54,060 nucleotides of DNA from Chiloscyllium plagiosum (GCF_004010195.1 NC_057718.1:54143773-54197832), one strand, 5' to 3'; shown: positions 39,064 through 52,499, counted from the stretch's first letter. A program made the numbers and translations. The notes: generated from the sequence alone by a model not told the origin.

Positions 39064-40574
39064 GAGGCCTATCTTGGGTTTGTTGCTCTGGATCCTTTTC
39101 TGTACTTCCTGTTGTTGACTGGTATTCTCAAAGAATTGTGTGCTTTAAATAGGGGTTTCCTCCAGGTTGGTTTCTTCTGAAAATGGGTCTCCTGTACACT
39201 GATATTCATATTGGATTTCTTTAGGAAAGCCTCCAGAGAGTCTTCTTTTGTCATCCTCTCATTTGAGTGCCTTCTGTGAGCTGGGCAAAGAACATTTGTT
39301 TTGGCAATCAGAACTCTTGCATACTAAGCATGTGACCAGCCTAGCGGAATTGGTTTCTGATTACCATCGTCTCAATCCTTGTGTTGTTGGCTGCTTCAGG
39401 GATACTGATGTTACTATGCCAGTCCCCCTAGCTGATGCAGAGAATCCATCTCAAATAACATTGATGGTACATCTCGAGGGTCTTGAGATGGTGTCTGTAC
39501 ATAGTCCAAGTTTCAGAGTCATATAGCAGAGTCATCTCAGCACAGATGTCAGATATGTTGAAGACTGTCACCATGGGGCTTGCATTTTGGATGCATTGTT
39601 GAACCTCCACATTGATGTCAGCTTCCCAGGTAAAGAAAATGTCTCATGTTTGGGAGGAATTCTCCATTGACATTAATGGAGGGATTGATTTAGAATGGGT
39701 TGGTAAAGGGTTGAGTCTTCTGGATGTTGAGACTGGGACTGAATCTTCAGTATACTGCGGCAAATGTAGGTTCTCTTTGAGAGTGTGGTGATGACATCAT
39801 TTGCATACTTAAGTTCCATAAGTGATGTCAGTATTGTTTTCTTCTTGGATTTCAAATGATTGAGGCTGAAAGGTTTTCAGTCCATACTGTATCCAATGTC
39901 CACATCACTGGGAAGACAAGCTGAAGGATGGTAGTGATGAAGATGGATTAAAAAGGTGGGGGTGATAACATATCCCTGATTGACTCCTGTCTCAACCTCA
40001 TAGGATTCTATCATATTACCATCAATGAGGACCATTGCTAAAATCTTGTTGTGGAGGAGATGGAGGATGTGGATGACTTTCACTGGACAACTGGCCTTTG
40101 ACAGTTGTGATTGACTGAGTCAAAGGTCTTGGTCAGGTTGATAAAGGCCATGTAGGATGGTTGATGCTGTTCCTGGCATGTCTCTTGAAATTGCTGAGCA
40201 GTGAAAATCATGTCAATAGTTCCAGAGTTTGGTCGGAAGCCACAACTGGCTTTCAGGATGGATTTTTTTCAAAAATTGGGAGAAGGCGCCTTGTCAGGAT
40301 TTGGTTGATGATTTTCCTGATGATGGAGAAGGGGGAAATTCCTCAGTAATTCCCATAGTCCCCTTTATCTCCTTGCTTGAAGACAGTGGTGATTGCAGCA
40401 TCTCTGAGATCGGCAGGGACGTCCTCTTTGTGCCAGATTTTCAGGAACATGGATAGAGGTAGCACGTTAGCTCTGCTCCTCTAAGTTGGAAAATCTCTGC
40501 TGCAATTCTACCTAGTCCTATGACGTTTCCATTCTTCATCTATCTAATGGTGGCTTCACGTTCTGCCATAATTT

Positions 40575-40889
40575 GGTGGCACGGTGGCTCAGTAGTTAGC
40601 ACTGCTGCCTCACAGAACCAGGGACCCGTGTTCAATTCCTGCCTTGGGTGACTGTCTGTGTGGAGTTTGCACATTCTCCCTGTATCTTCGTGGGTTTCCT
40701 TCCACAATCCAAAGATGCGCAAGTCAGGTGAATTAGCCATGCTAAATTGACCATACTGTGAGGTGCATTAGCCAGGGGTAAATATAGGGTAAGGGAATGG
40801 GTCTGGGTGGGTTATTCTTTGGAGAGTTGGTGGGGACTTGTTGGGTTGAAGGGCCTATTTCCATACTGCAAGGAATCTAATCTAATCTA
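40575..40889 (+). mobile_element. HE1 SINE nested in the RTE
   Basis: tRNA head, V-domain with a small deletion, (AATCT)n tail. Confidence 0.93.
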
Positions 40890-42789
40890 GGTGGGAGCCC
40901 AAAATCATTTTTGATGGGGGTTGGGTGATTTCCTTGGTCCACATGTTCTTGTTAATGATTGTATCATGGTTTAGGAGTTCTTTGAAGTGTTCTTTCCATT
41001 GAGGCTGATGTTTTCGCTGTACCTTAAAAGGGTTTAATCCTTACTCTGTAGCAGTTTGCAGCCAATGTCTGGGCCTTGGTCACACTGAGGAATTCCAGGA
41101 TGTTGTGCTTTTCAGCAAGAAATTGCAGTTCTCTAGCATTCTTACTGCACCACTGGTTCTTGATTTCCTTTAATCTTCTTTATAACTCCACCTTTGCTAT
41201 TGGACAAGTTGTCTCTGACTTGCTGCTGATGTTGTTTTTCCAGCATGGAGAGCTTTCCCCTGCTTGTCGATGAGGTTTTTAATGATGTGGTCATTTTCTC
41301 AAACCAGTCTTGGTGTTTCCTGGTCTTGTAGCCAATGTTTTCTGCACAGCATATGATGACGGCTGTCTTCGGCTCTTCCCAGATTTTCTGCACTCCATTA
41401 GAATGACCTCTTTGAAGAATTTAGTGAAGATATTGTTGGAAGTTCACTAATCTGCTTGGCTCATGAATCAATCCAGTGTTGAGTTTTTTTCTGAACTGTT
41501 TCTTCATCTTTTGCTGCATCTGGACACATTTGATGGGCTTTGAGGAGTGAATGAGCCAGTGGGCTATCCTGCAGTCATCTCTACTGGCTCATCACTTTGG
41601 TAGTGAGGACATCCTTTCTGTCTCAGGATTGAACGATGACAGAGTCAATCATTTGCCAGTGCTTTGATCATGGATACCTCCAAGAAGTCTTGAAATTGTC
41701 TTTTTTGTGGAACAATATGTTGGTTGCTGCCTGGTCATGAAGAAAGCTACTGAAACACTCTCTTTTCTTATCCCCAGACTGAAATAACTGAGTCAACCTC
41801 CACTTCCTGTGTGTCAGTTCAAAGCTACGGACTTTGAATCTCATAATTCTGTCCCGGTCACTCCCGCCAATCATTACAGGATTTGTGTCGTTTGTATAAG
41901 AGTGGAGGGCATGGGGGTGGCGGGGAGGAGGTAGTGTTGAATTTCCTCCAGGTAAATGTGTGAGAAAAGTTTTAATATGGAATGTTGTTCCACATCAGCA
42001 GACACATGGTCCTCGACAGAAGGTAGATCCAGTTCCAGGGCCAAGGACTGGGGAATCTCTTAACTTTTGTAGCCTTCATCCACTGTCACAATCGTGGTTC
42101 TCACATGAATATCTTCTGCCTGGATTGCTATTAAAGACTTACTTTGAATTTTGCTTTGTCTGTTTCATTGCCTCTGACCTTACCATCATGGCTCCTGATG
42201 ACATCACACTTAGTAGCAACTCAAATCTCTCCATCACAGAAAGGTGGCAATCCACAGAAAGGACAATGCCCATAATACTAAAACTGAATAGATGTTCAGT
42301 TATAGAACTCAGTAGAATGATTTTACACATGTTCCCATTATGAATGCAAGGTTAACTGTTCTCCAATGTCCATATTTATGCCCAACTCTTATTATCAATA
42401 ATGGGACTGCATTTGCTCCTCACCAATCTTACAAACACATCAATTAGTGGTAGGTGTGGAAGTAATCTGTCCAACCCCTCACGCTTCTTCCACTGTTCAA
42501 AAACATGAAGGCTAATCAGTCTGTGTTTCAAATTCCACATCTCCGTGTACCCCCATTAATCCTTGATTTCCCTGTTCAACAAGAATCTATCTACCCAGGC
42601 CTTAAAAATATTCAATGACCAGACCTCCACTGCCTTTTGAGGAAGACAGTGCCAACGTTACACAACCATCAAAGAGGAAATAATTCTTATCTCTGTCCTG
42701 TTTTAACAGAGTGGCCCCTAATTCTGGATTGACCAAAAGAGGAAATACCTTTTCCATGTTCATCTTGTCAAGAACATTAAGGAACTCTG

Positions 42790-42980
42790 ATTTGGAGATG
42801 CTGGTGTTGGACTGGGTTTATAAAGTTAAAAATTACACAACACCAGGTTATAGTGCAACAGGTTTAATTAGAAGCACTAGCATCAGGTGGACCACCTGAT
42901 GAAGGAGCAGCGCTCTGAAAGCTAGTGCTTCCAATTAAACCTGTTGGACCATAACCTGGTGTTGTGTGATTTTAAACTTT
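42790..42980. mobile_element. Second Penelope family, fold-back mini-element
   Basis: Inverted arms ~42821-42881 and ~42921-42980 around a hammerhead. Confidence 0.85.
42893..42927 (+). ncRNA. Minimal type I hammerhead ribozyme motif
   Basis: CAC-CUGAUGA-aggagc agc gcucu-GAAA-GC-UA-GUG: 3-bp stem I, stem II, palindromic AGCU in place of stem III. Confidence 0.75.
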
Positions 42981-44046
42981 ATTCAGGAGCTAATGCACTT
43001 CAATCAATTCACCCTTCACACTTCCAAACTCCAGACTAAACAAGTCCAGCTTGCCCAACTCATAAGGCAACCCATTCATTCTGAGGCACCAGTCCAGTAA
43101 ACCTCTTCTGAATTGCCTCCATTGCTTTTACATCCTTTCTTAAATAAGGAGACCAAAACCACATGAACCACCAAAACCACATAAAGTATTTGAGTTGCAA
43201 TCTCTCTACAATGCCCTGAACAACTGAAGTATAAGATCTTTGCTGATAAGCTTGATTTCTCTCGTAATAAAGGAGAGAATTGTTAGCCTTCTTGATTATG
43301 TGTTTTAACTACATACTAACATTTTGTGACTCAGGCAAAGAACAACTAAATCCCTTTGCATTTCAGAATTCTGCAGTCATTCTCAGTTTAAGTAATACTC
43401 TCTGTTTGTATTCTTCCTACCATAGTGAACAATCTCATTATCTCACATAATGCTCGATTTTTGCCTCCTCTGCACCTTAGAGTCATACAGCTGTACAGCA
43501 CGGACCCTTCAGTCCAACTCATCCATGTTGACCAAATATTCTAAATTAATCTACCCCATTGCCAGCATTTGGTCCATATCCTTGTAAACCTTCCCTATTC
43601 ATGTACCCAACCAGATACCTTTTAAAAGTTGTGATTGTACTAACCTGCACCACTTTCTCTGACAGCTCAATCCACACATGTACCACCATCTGCATGAAAA
43701 TGTTGTCCCTTTTAAATCTTTACCCTCTCACCTTAAACTTATAACCCCAAGTTTTGGACTCCCCTACCCTGGGGAAAAGACCTTGGCTATTCACCCTATC
43801 CATGCCCCTCACCATTTTGTAAACTTCTTCTTGACAGTGTATTTTCCTACCTCTCTTGGTGTCACCTGTAAACTTAGTTACTATGCCCTCACTCCCCTCA
43901 CCTCAGTCATTGATATAAATTACTAACAGCTGTCACCTCAAAACAGACTCCTGCAATACCTTGCTCATCACATCCTGCCAAGCAGATAAGACCCATTTTG
44001 TATATTCTCCCCTTCATCCATATAGTTTTCTTCCTGTACATCTGCC

Positions 44047-44122
44047 TGTGAGTGAGAGAGCGAGAGAGCGTGAGAGTGAGAGAGTGAGAGAGTGAGAAAG
44101 AGTGAGAGTGAGTGAGTGTGTG
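44047..44122. repeat. (GA/GAGT)n microsatellite
   Basis: Visible directly in the sequence. Confidence 0.95.
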
Positions 44123-44510
44123 ACTGGTGTAAATGGGAGCATTCATAAAGGGATTAAAGTTTTGATTAGTAATGCTATTTGTTGATAATTTAAAACAATG
44201 TACCTGTCACAAAAATCTGATTACTTGTAATAAATAGGAATTCTTGCTAAGTTCAGACACCTGGTCCATGATTTCTATCCCTCAAGGTCTAAAAATCAGG
44301 TAAATTGGGGAATTCTGTGTACTCATTTTAAAATCTTTGACTTTCATGACAAATCTGGAAATAGTGGGGCTTGATTTCCAGCACATTATCCCAGAAAGTC
44401 ACAACATTAGTAGCAAACTAGTTATTGTCAGAAATTGGGAGCATTTGGGAGAGGATTAAACAAGCATTGAATATGCCATAAATTGTGAGGAGCACAGTGT
44501 ATGGATCTTC

Positions 44511-44750
44511 AAATGGAGGAGGAGTAAGTGAGGACTGCAGATGCTGGAGATCAGAGTCGAGAGTGTGGTGCTGGAAAAGCACGACAGGTCAGACAGCATC
44601 CGGGGAACAGGAGAATCGACATTTTGAGCATAACCCGTAACGTCAATTCTCCTGCTCCTCAGATGCTGCCTTTTCTGCTGTGCTTTTCCAGCAGAACACT
44701 CTCCACTCTGATCTCCAGCATCTGCAGTCCTCACATTCTCCTCCTCCATT
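44511..44750. mobile_element. Penelope-derived fold-back pair with two near-complete arms
   Basis: 44511-~44625 is the approximate reverse complement of ~44640-44750. Confidence 0.9.
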
Positions 44751-45942
44751 TACGATTCTGATGCATCATCAGAGAAACTGAATTAAAGTTTTGTGCCTGC
44801 CTTTACAATAGAATCCACAAACAACTTGAGAAACATAATGCAACCCAAAGAATAATAATGTTGAAGAACCTAAGTTAATTAACATCAGCAGAGACCACAA
44901 GATATTCAAGAAACATACGTAGCCTAAGGCCAACAGATTCTTAGAACTGAAGGCCTATATCCTGGAGTTCTAAAGAAGTAGCTGCAGAGGTGACAGGTTC
45001 TCCAAGCTATAGAACAACCACAATGAATGGAAGTTAGCAAACATAACACCACTATTCAAGAAAGAGGGAGGGGAAAAGAAGATAGGATTGACAAATAACC
45101 TAGGGTAAAAGCTTATTTCTATTATTAATGTTTTAACGATGCATTTAGAAAACCATAATATTGTCATGCACAGAACCAGATTGTCCTATTCTGGAGTTCA
45201 AATTACACTTTATATTTTTAAACTTGACACAAAGGCTAGAAAAGATGGTTGCCTGGTGTTCACTTGCTTTCATCTGTGGACTAGAACTTCTGTCTCAAGA
45301 TGGAATAAAATGACTTTCTAGATTGATGTGAATCAGTTCTCCTCCCTGATACCAATCCAAAGTCATTGCCAGGTTAAAAAACCAAAAGCACTGACTATCT
45401 CAAACCTTCAGAGGTGTTTACCTACAACATAGAATATGACATCAACATGAACATCCCTCCCAATCTGTAAAGAACTTGGGGAAAGTCACAGGGTTGTTTT
45501 GTTTTATCTCGCTGTACCAACTTGTCAATGTCCATTTGAAGATCCATACACTGTGCTCCTCACAATTTATGATTCTTCTAAGTTTAATATCACCGACAAA
45601 CTTGGAAATTGTCCACTGCACAGTTACATCCAGATCATTAATATATATCAGGAAAAGCAAGGATCCCAATACTGACCGCTGGAGATTCCCCAATAAAAGA
45701 TTTCCACCAACTTTAAAAATATTCACTGAAATTATTCTCTTTTCTATCATTCATAGAACCCCTACAATGTGAAGCAGACCATTTGGTCTATTGAATCACA
45801 CCAACCCTCCAAAGAGGATCCAACCTCCTTATCCTACCCTTGCATATCCTATGACTAATCCACCGAGCCTGGACATCTCTGGGCAATTCAGCATGGTCAA
45901 TCCACCTAACCTGCACATCTTTGAACTGTGAGAGGAAGCTGT

Positions 45943-46245
45943 GGGCAGAACGGTGGTTAGCACTGCTGCCTCACAGCACCAGAGACCCGGGTTCAATTCC
46001 CGCCTCAGGCGACTGACTGTGTGGAGTTTGCATGTTCTCCCCGTGTCTGCGTGGGTTTCCTCCGGGTGCTCCGGTTTCCTCCCACAGTCCAAAGATGTGC
46101 AGGTCAGGTGAATTGGCCATGCTAAATTGCCCATAGTGTTAGGTAAGGGGTATATGTAGGGGTATGGGTGGGTTGCGCTTCGGCGGGGCGGTGTGGACTT
46201 GTTGGGCCGAAGGGCCTGTTTCCACACTGTAAGTAATCTAATCTA
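45943..46245 (+). mobile_element. Young HE1 SINE nested in an older opposite-strand HE1 (~45752-46360)
   Basis: CpG-retaining HE1; the flanks are the 3' and 5' halves of a degenerate minus-strand HE1. Confidence 0.92.
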
Positions 46246-46405
46246 TGTAGACATGGGGATTCTCAAGATCCATACAGACAGTCACCTGAGACTGAAATTG
46301 AACCCAGGACCCTACCACTGTGAGGCAGCAGTGCTAACCCCTGAGCCACCATATCGGCCAACTCGTATTCACATTGCTACCATCTTTTGTATGTGATGAG
46401 CTAGA

Positions 46406-46610
46406 GATGGAAATGTGTTGCTGGAGAAGCGCAGCAGGTCAGGCAGCATCTAGGGAACAGGAGAATCGACGTTTCGGGCATTAGCCCTTCTTCAGGAATG
46501 CCCGAAACGTCGATTCTCCTGTTCCCTAGATGCTGCCTGACCTGCTGCGCTTCTCCAGCAACACATTTCCATCTCTGATCTCCAGCATCTGCAGACCTCA
46601 TTTTCTCTTC
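46406..46610. mobile_element. Young Penelope-derived fold-back mini-element
   Basis: Perfect inverted arms of about 80 bp (~46403-46482 and ~46497-46576); perfect 14-bp TSD tgtgatgagctaga (46392-46405 and 46611-46624). Confidence 0.95.
46464..46499 (-). ncRNA. Minimal hammerhead ribozyme motif
   Basis: auucCUGAAGAagggcuaaugcccGAAAcGUCgauu. Confidence 0.7.
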
Positions 46611-48027
46611 TGTGATGAGCTAGAACTTTTCTCACAAGTTTATTGTATGGCACTATATCAAACACCTGGAAATCCATGCATACCACATCATTTATTTTCT
46701 GCTACCTCTTCAAAAAACTCCACCAAATTATTTAAATATGATATCCCTGTTAGAAATTCATGCTGACTCCTTTTAAATCAGCCCACTTTTATCCATGTGA
46801 CTACTATTTCTATTGCAAATAATTGTTTCTAGGAGTTTCATCACATTATGAATGCCAAAAAATTTTCATAATTTAACGAACACCAAAATTTGTATGCAAG
46901 TAAATAACAAAGGAAGGCAAATTAAATGTTGGCCTTCATTAGAAGACCTTGATGCAAGGATACAAGAAAACAAAATTCTTCCCATGATTGTCGAGGATTT
47001 TGGTTTTAGAATACTGAGCTCATTTTTGTTTTCCAATTGCTAAGAAATGATACACTCACATTGAGCAAATGCAACAAAGGCCTGGTCTGAGCGGTTAGTC
47101 CATAATTAGAGGTGGAGCAAATTGGGCCTATACTGAAGGATTCTGAAGGAGCTTGATTGGATAGATACTTAATTATTGTTTCTCCTAGTTGGAAATTTAC
47201 GGGATGGGGTACAAATTCAGGATTAGGGCTCTAGCAATTTGGACTGAGATGAGGAGAAACTTTCCTAACTCTCAGACTGTGGATGCATTATGGCTGAATA
47301 TATTCAAGGCTGACATGGACAGATTTTTGAGCTCTCAGTGATATGGGAGTAAGTGGGGAAACCAGTTTGAAGCAGAAAATCAGCCACATTGATATTGAAA
47401 AGCAGAACAAGCTCAAGGGGGATGGTGGTCTACTTTCCTTTTATGTTTATATATTCTTATAAATTATAAACAGAAGACTTAGAATGCTGCAGTATGCTTG
47501 GATGATGGAAACAATTAAATTGGGTTTTAATTGATGTCATAAAAGCCTAATATTTTCGCATTTAATGATCAGCTGCCATTTAAAAGCTTGGCAGTTCTCC
47601 AGTTTTGACAGTGTCATGGGGAGGAATTGGTTACCTCAGTACAGCAGGAGGCCCAAAGTGCAACCTTGCTGCTGTGGGGTCAGTGAGTGGGGTCACCTGA
47701 CTATGCAGGGGACCACACAGCAAAGGAGACAAGGAGGTTTCTTATAAAGAGTGCAGTCTTCTCCCGTGGACAGCCTATGTCTCCAGCAGCTCTCTTTGTT
47801 TGGAATGGGCTGCTCAAGTAGAAGGAAACCATGCCTCTCTCACCCAGTCCCCTCACTGTGCGTAAGACAAATCTGCCCGACTTAACCTGGAATGCAGCCC
47901 ACATGCCATCACCAACACCAGCCACTGGTTTGATACCAAAAGCAGCAGATTATGCCTTCAAGCGACCACAAGGGCTTGTATGTCCAATTGCTCTACAGTT
48001 GATAAAACAACAAAATATAGTGAGCTG

Positions 48028-48345
48028 TTAGATTAGATTACTTACAGTGTGGAAACAGGCCCTTTGGCCCAACAAGTCCACACCGACCTGCCGAAGTGCA
48101 ACACACCCAGACCCATTCCCCTACATTTACCCCTGCACCTAACACTACCGGCAATTTAGCATGGCCAATTCACCTACCTGCACATTTTTGGACTGTGGGA
48201 GGAAACCGGAGCACCCGGAGAAAACCCACGCAGACACGGGGAGAATGTGCAAACTCCACACAGTCAGTCACCTGAGGCAGGAATTGAACCCGGGTCTCTG
48301 GCGCTGTGAGGCAGCAGTGCTAACCACTATGCCACCGTGCCGCCC
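48028..48345 (-). mobile_element. HE1 SINE, young
   Basis: Full tRNA head, V-domain and (ATCTA)n tail. Confidence 0.95.
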
Positions 48346-48519
48346 ACTTGTGCAGGTTAGAGCAGGTGAAAACCAGAGTCAAATCATGGAATTGATATTT
48401 TAAAACACGTTGAATGAAATTTGTTACATAGAAGCTAGTGTTATCTGTGTGTTGATCTGGTAGCATTAAATATACTATAGGCCTTAAATGGCTTTTGTGA
48501 TGGGAAGGTCATCCTCAAA

Positions 48520-49450
48520 CTTCTTGTATTTAATCAGACGTATTCAAAAAAGCAGCCCAATCTCCATCTTGCACCTTCAAAATAAATTAAATGAACTTCC
48601 CATCACTACCAACCTCACCACGATGGTCTGCTAGCCATCATTCAGGGGAGAATGCAATTCTGTTCATTGATCCAAGGCCAATTTTTTTGTATATTCAGAA
48701 GAACACTGACCAGAAATCTAAGCCCTGGGGGACTCCATTGCCTGTACCTGCCCAGCAACAAATATCCATGAAACCGTCTGTGAAAGACCATGCTATTATA
48801 TGTTCTTTGTCAAACTCCTTCTCCATGCTGACACACTTCCATTATAGAATATGCCAACATTTTCTCAATAAACATCATGCAACAGCTTATGTAAATCCAC
48901 TGAATGAAGGTTTAGTAAGCATTGTATTTCATTTAGCAATGATTATCTTGTCTTGTGGAATTGGTTTACTGATGGATAAAGAGATGAAACAAACTACTTT
49001 GTTCTATTGCATGCATGGCTGCAGCCATCTGACTCTGATATTAAAATCTGCAGACCCTATTTGCAATACACTTACATGTGTCAATACTGAATATTATTTG
49101 TTGCTCATCTGCTTAATGCATCTCCATAAATCGCTTTGAATTTGATTTTTCTCCTTGCCGCATTGAACCTTCCCACCAGACTTCTACTCTTAATGAGCTG
49201 AAACTATCTGTAGCTGCTAATCGGACTCATTCCTAGACATCCATCATTGATATTTTATTTTGAGCAAGACAGATATCCTTTTCATTCCCTTAGGTACAGT
49301 CCACTATGTATAAAAATGGTGAAACAAATTAATTGGCTCACATTTGGTTAAGTTATCTATTACCAGAATAGATGCAGTAATATGAATTTCAACAGGTTGC
49401 ACTTTATATCAAAGCCATGTACAATTCTGGGATCATCCTAGAGGAAAATG
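48520..49450 (-). mobile_element. Ancient CR1/L2 RT remnant
   Basis: Minus strand NGVPQGLDFWSVFF.IY at ~48690-48739. Confidence 0.45.
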
Positions 49451-50639
49451 ATAACTGCAATTTCTTCATTAAAAGGATTGAATCCATCTTCTTCAAGCTA
49501 CTTTTACTGCTTCCCTAGTTTTGTAGTCACTATTCCAGTTTAACGACTAACCTCCACGTTACCATTGCAACAACCTCTGGTTCACAGTACCCTGGTTAAC
49601 AATAACTCACATCATTCCCCCTCCCCCAATTCTGGCTCACCATCCCTTCCCCAACTCCCAATCACTCCCCAAGTACATCGTGTTCACGAGACCCATCTCC
49701 TGCTCTCTTGATTTTATTACTGCAAACCTCCAGGCCACCCAACCTTCATTCGTGGCCGCATTTTACATATTGTGGTTGATCATTCTCTCTCCTCAGGTAG
49801 TGTCCTTCATTTCTTTTAAAACTAGCATTGGCCCCACCATCGATACAAAATTCACCCTGCATTCTCATTAACTACAAAATTTATATTCAGCCTTGCTTCC
49901 TTCACTTAGATTGTTGAGTGTATTTTTCACATTCTAGATCAATCCCAAACTTACTGTCTTAATCCTTTCAGTCATGGTTCTGACTCTGCAAGCAGTCCCA
50001 CTTCACTGTGACAATAGCATCTTCCATCTTCAATCGATTAATAGCCTTTCACATATTTGCTCACCAGGGTGGAGGTAAGGGCAAGGACTGGAGGTTGAAG
50101 TCCACATTTTATTCTATGCTTTCCAGCGGCAATTATTTAGCTGAAGGGTTTCTGGATCACTAGATACCTCACAAAAGATCTTCTTGCCTTCTGCAAGCCT
50201 ATTATCACATCATCGTTTCCTAATTCATATCAAAGTCAGAATTCCACACAAGAATATCCCAGTAAGTGTAAATATTGCATTGCCATAGGCCAGTAGAAGG
50301 CTAATGATGTGTAAACCTGAAATTCCCAATTCTCTGCCAATAATGTTCTCTTTAATGTACATTGACTTCCAGTAATAGAGTGAATCAAATCTAGGATTTA
50401 AAACCTTGTTGCTAAAATTGCCTCAACGATCTCACCAATCTTTATCATGTACCCATTTTAGACCCATCATTCCCTACCTGTGCTTCTACTCTAGTCATGC
50501 CTAGGTTCTGGTCTTGCATTTACTTGCCACAGAGAAACTGTGAAATTAACATATCAAGGAATATAAAACAACATTCTAAAATATTCTGCAGGCATGCAAA
50601 TCAAAAAAAGGAAATTCGGGCTAAGAATAAGGCAATTAA

Positions 50640-50858
50640 GACAAATCAGGGCATAACTTATATACTCAGTGATAAGGTCCTGGGGAGTGTTGCTGAACTA
50701 AGAGACCTTAGAGTGGAGGTTAATTGTTCCTTGAAAGTGGAGTTGCAGGTAGACTGGGGTAGTGAAGAAAGCTTTAGATACACTTGCCTTTATTGGTCAG
50801 TGCATTGAGTATAGGAGTTGGGAGGTCATGTTGCGGCTGTACAGGACATTGGTTAGGC
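50640..50858 (+). mobile_element. CR1 (HER1-like) internal fragment
   Basis: KVLGSVAELRDLRVEVNCSLKVELQVD; similar to ~16980-17190. Confidence 0.85.
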
Positions 50859-51289
50859 AAACAAACCAAAAAGAATGAAACCCTTAGGTCAGAGAAAGTA
50901 CTTCCCTGCATAGTTAGCTGAGGCACTATTATACATATTTAATGATTCTTTAGGAAAAGATGTAATGTGAGGGAACTGATATCATATTACATAAAAAGAA
51001 AGCTAGACCATTTCCAGAGAGCTATATATTAGAACATCAGCAACAGGAATGGAATGGTATTCCGATAAAATAGAAACACATTTTGTGAGCAAAAAATATT
51101 GGCTCAGATATTCCAATGTCCAGATAGTCATTGGAGCAGGACAATGAAGTTCCATTTTGTAGAATCTCAAAGGCAGCAAACTCCATGGGAATGGCCCAAG
51201 AATTTCAAGATTCTGATAAGCAATCCCTGTGTTAGTAGAAGACCTAGTCTAGCTCCTGAGTAACTATTAAACTGACTTTCAAATTCACC

Positions 51290-51790
51290 GCTCAGTCCCT
51301 CCTAACTATACCTCCCCAAATCCTTTACAAGTCCACAGACCCTGACAACCATCCAGCCTAACCAGAACCCCTTGACTCAACATGATTTTAACTCAGGACT
51401 CAACACATCCTGCTGTCATCCAAAGCCATCCAACTCATTCCTACTCCCCTCCCTGGATCTGACAATCCCTGCCTGCACTGGACCTGGCACCCCCTACTCC
51501 AATAATCAGATCTGACAGGTCCATCTCCCCACTGGATCTAACAATTATTCCCTTCACTTGAGCTGCTTTTCTCCCTCCCCACCAGACTGACACTCACCTA
51601 GGCCACTGGCCAGATCTGGAATACAAATCCCTGTCTCCTGCTTCCAGACCTGACACTCCCCTGCCTGACCCTGACATATCCTCAATACTCTATCACTGGT
51701 CCTATCCAGCTGGCATCCTACTTACTTGATGGCATCCTACATATCTGGCACCTTGGCTCTCTACCACCTGACACTCTAACCCCAACAGCT
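51290..51790. repeat. Degenerate C-rich minisatellite-like tract
   Basis: About a dozen recurrences of a GAYCTG(A/G)CA-like core separated by C-rich spacers. Confidence 0.55.
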
Positions 51791-52499
51791 AACTACACTT
51801 TATTTACTTAATTGCCCTTTCACGAAGCATCTAAATCTTACCAGCTGTGCAGTTGGACGTTTACATCATAGGAAAAAACATCTCCTGCTGTGGAGAAAGG
51901 GCATTGTTTAACTTTCCCCAATTAACTTGCACAATGAGAGAATTGTTGGAGTTCAGGTATGCTCTGCATTTTTTTGATGGAGCTAGAACAAGAATTACTA
52001 GCAAAAATGTGAAACGACTCCTAAGAGATAAAAAGAAGGAGCAGAGTGGCAATCTGACCATGACAGCCAAAGACAGCAAATATTCAGCCCAATAATGCAG
52101 AATTAACATAGAATTCAAAAGAACAAGTCTTGCATGACCAACTGGACTGAATTATTTGAAAATGTGACCAAGAGTGTAAAAAGCATAACACAATGAATGT
52201 CTTTTATCTAGAGCTCCATAAGGCCTCTGATAATGGACAATGTAATATTCTAAATCAGGTCAGATTATGTTGATTCAGAAGATAATTAGCAGAATGGATA
52301 GTTAGCTGGCTTCAAGACAGAAAAACAGAGCTGGGATAAAATCCAACTATCAATATGACAGAAGGCAAAAGATTAATATCTATCGTGTAAAGGGAATAGA
52401 TTCTTCACTCTGACTATGCTGCTGAATATGTGTGGAGGGAGCCATGTCATTGTGATGTTAGACCACATATAACTGGAGCTTGGGTCTGTAAAACTCCAA

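Larger units (their letters stand above)
38845..41830 (-). mobile_element. Decayed RTE-clade LINE with nested HE1 and Penelope fragments
   Basis: SKHWQMIDSVIV..DRKDV (endonuclease); RKHQDWF; TGVNQGYVITPT; LKYAND; LLYDSETWTMYRHHLKTLEMYHQCYLR. Confidence 0.88.
42490..43815 (-). mobile_element. CR1 fragments (older ~42490-43475; HER1-like tail ~43478-43815)
   Basis: CR1 3' motifs on the minus strand; the second is similar to the copy at 19801. Confidence 0.75.
44780..47460. mobile_element. Patchwork of old CR1 fragments hosting HE1 and Penelope insertions
   Basis: WKLANITPLFKK (+, ~45028); SVLGSLLFLIYINDL (-, ~45650); CMDFQVFDIVPY (-); + strand 3' tail ~47090-47460. Confidence 0.65.

Noticed and set aside
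48591..49139. 182-aa ORF, the longest outside the L1
   Set aside because: No recognisable domain; lies antisense to a decayed RT motif (GVPQG).
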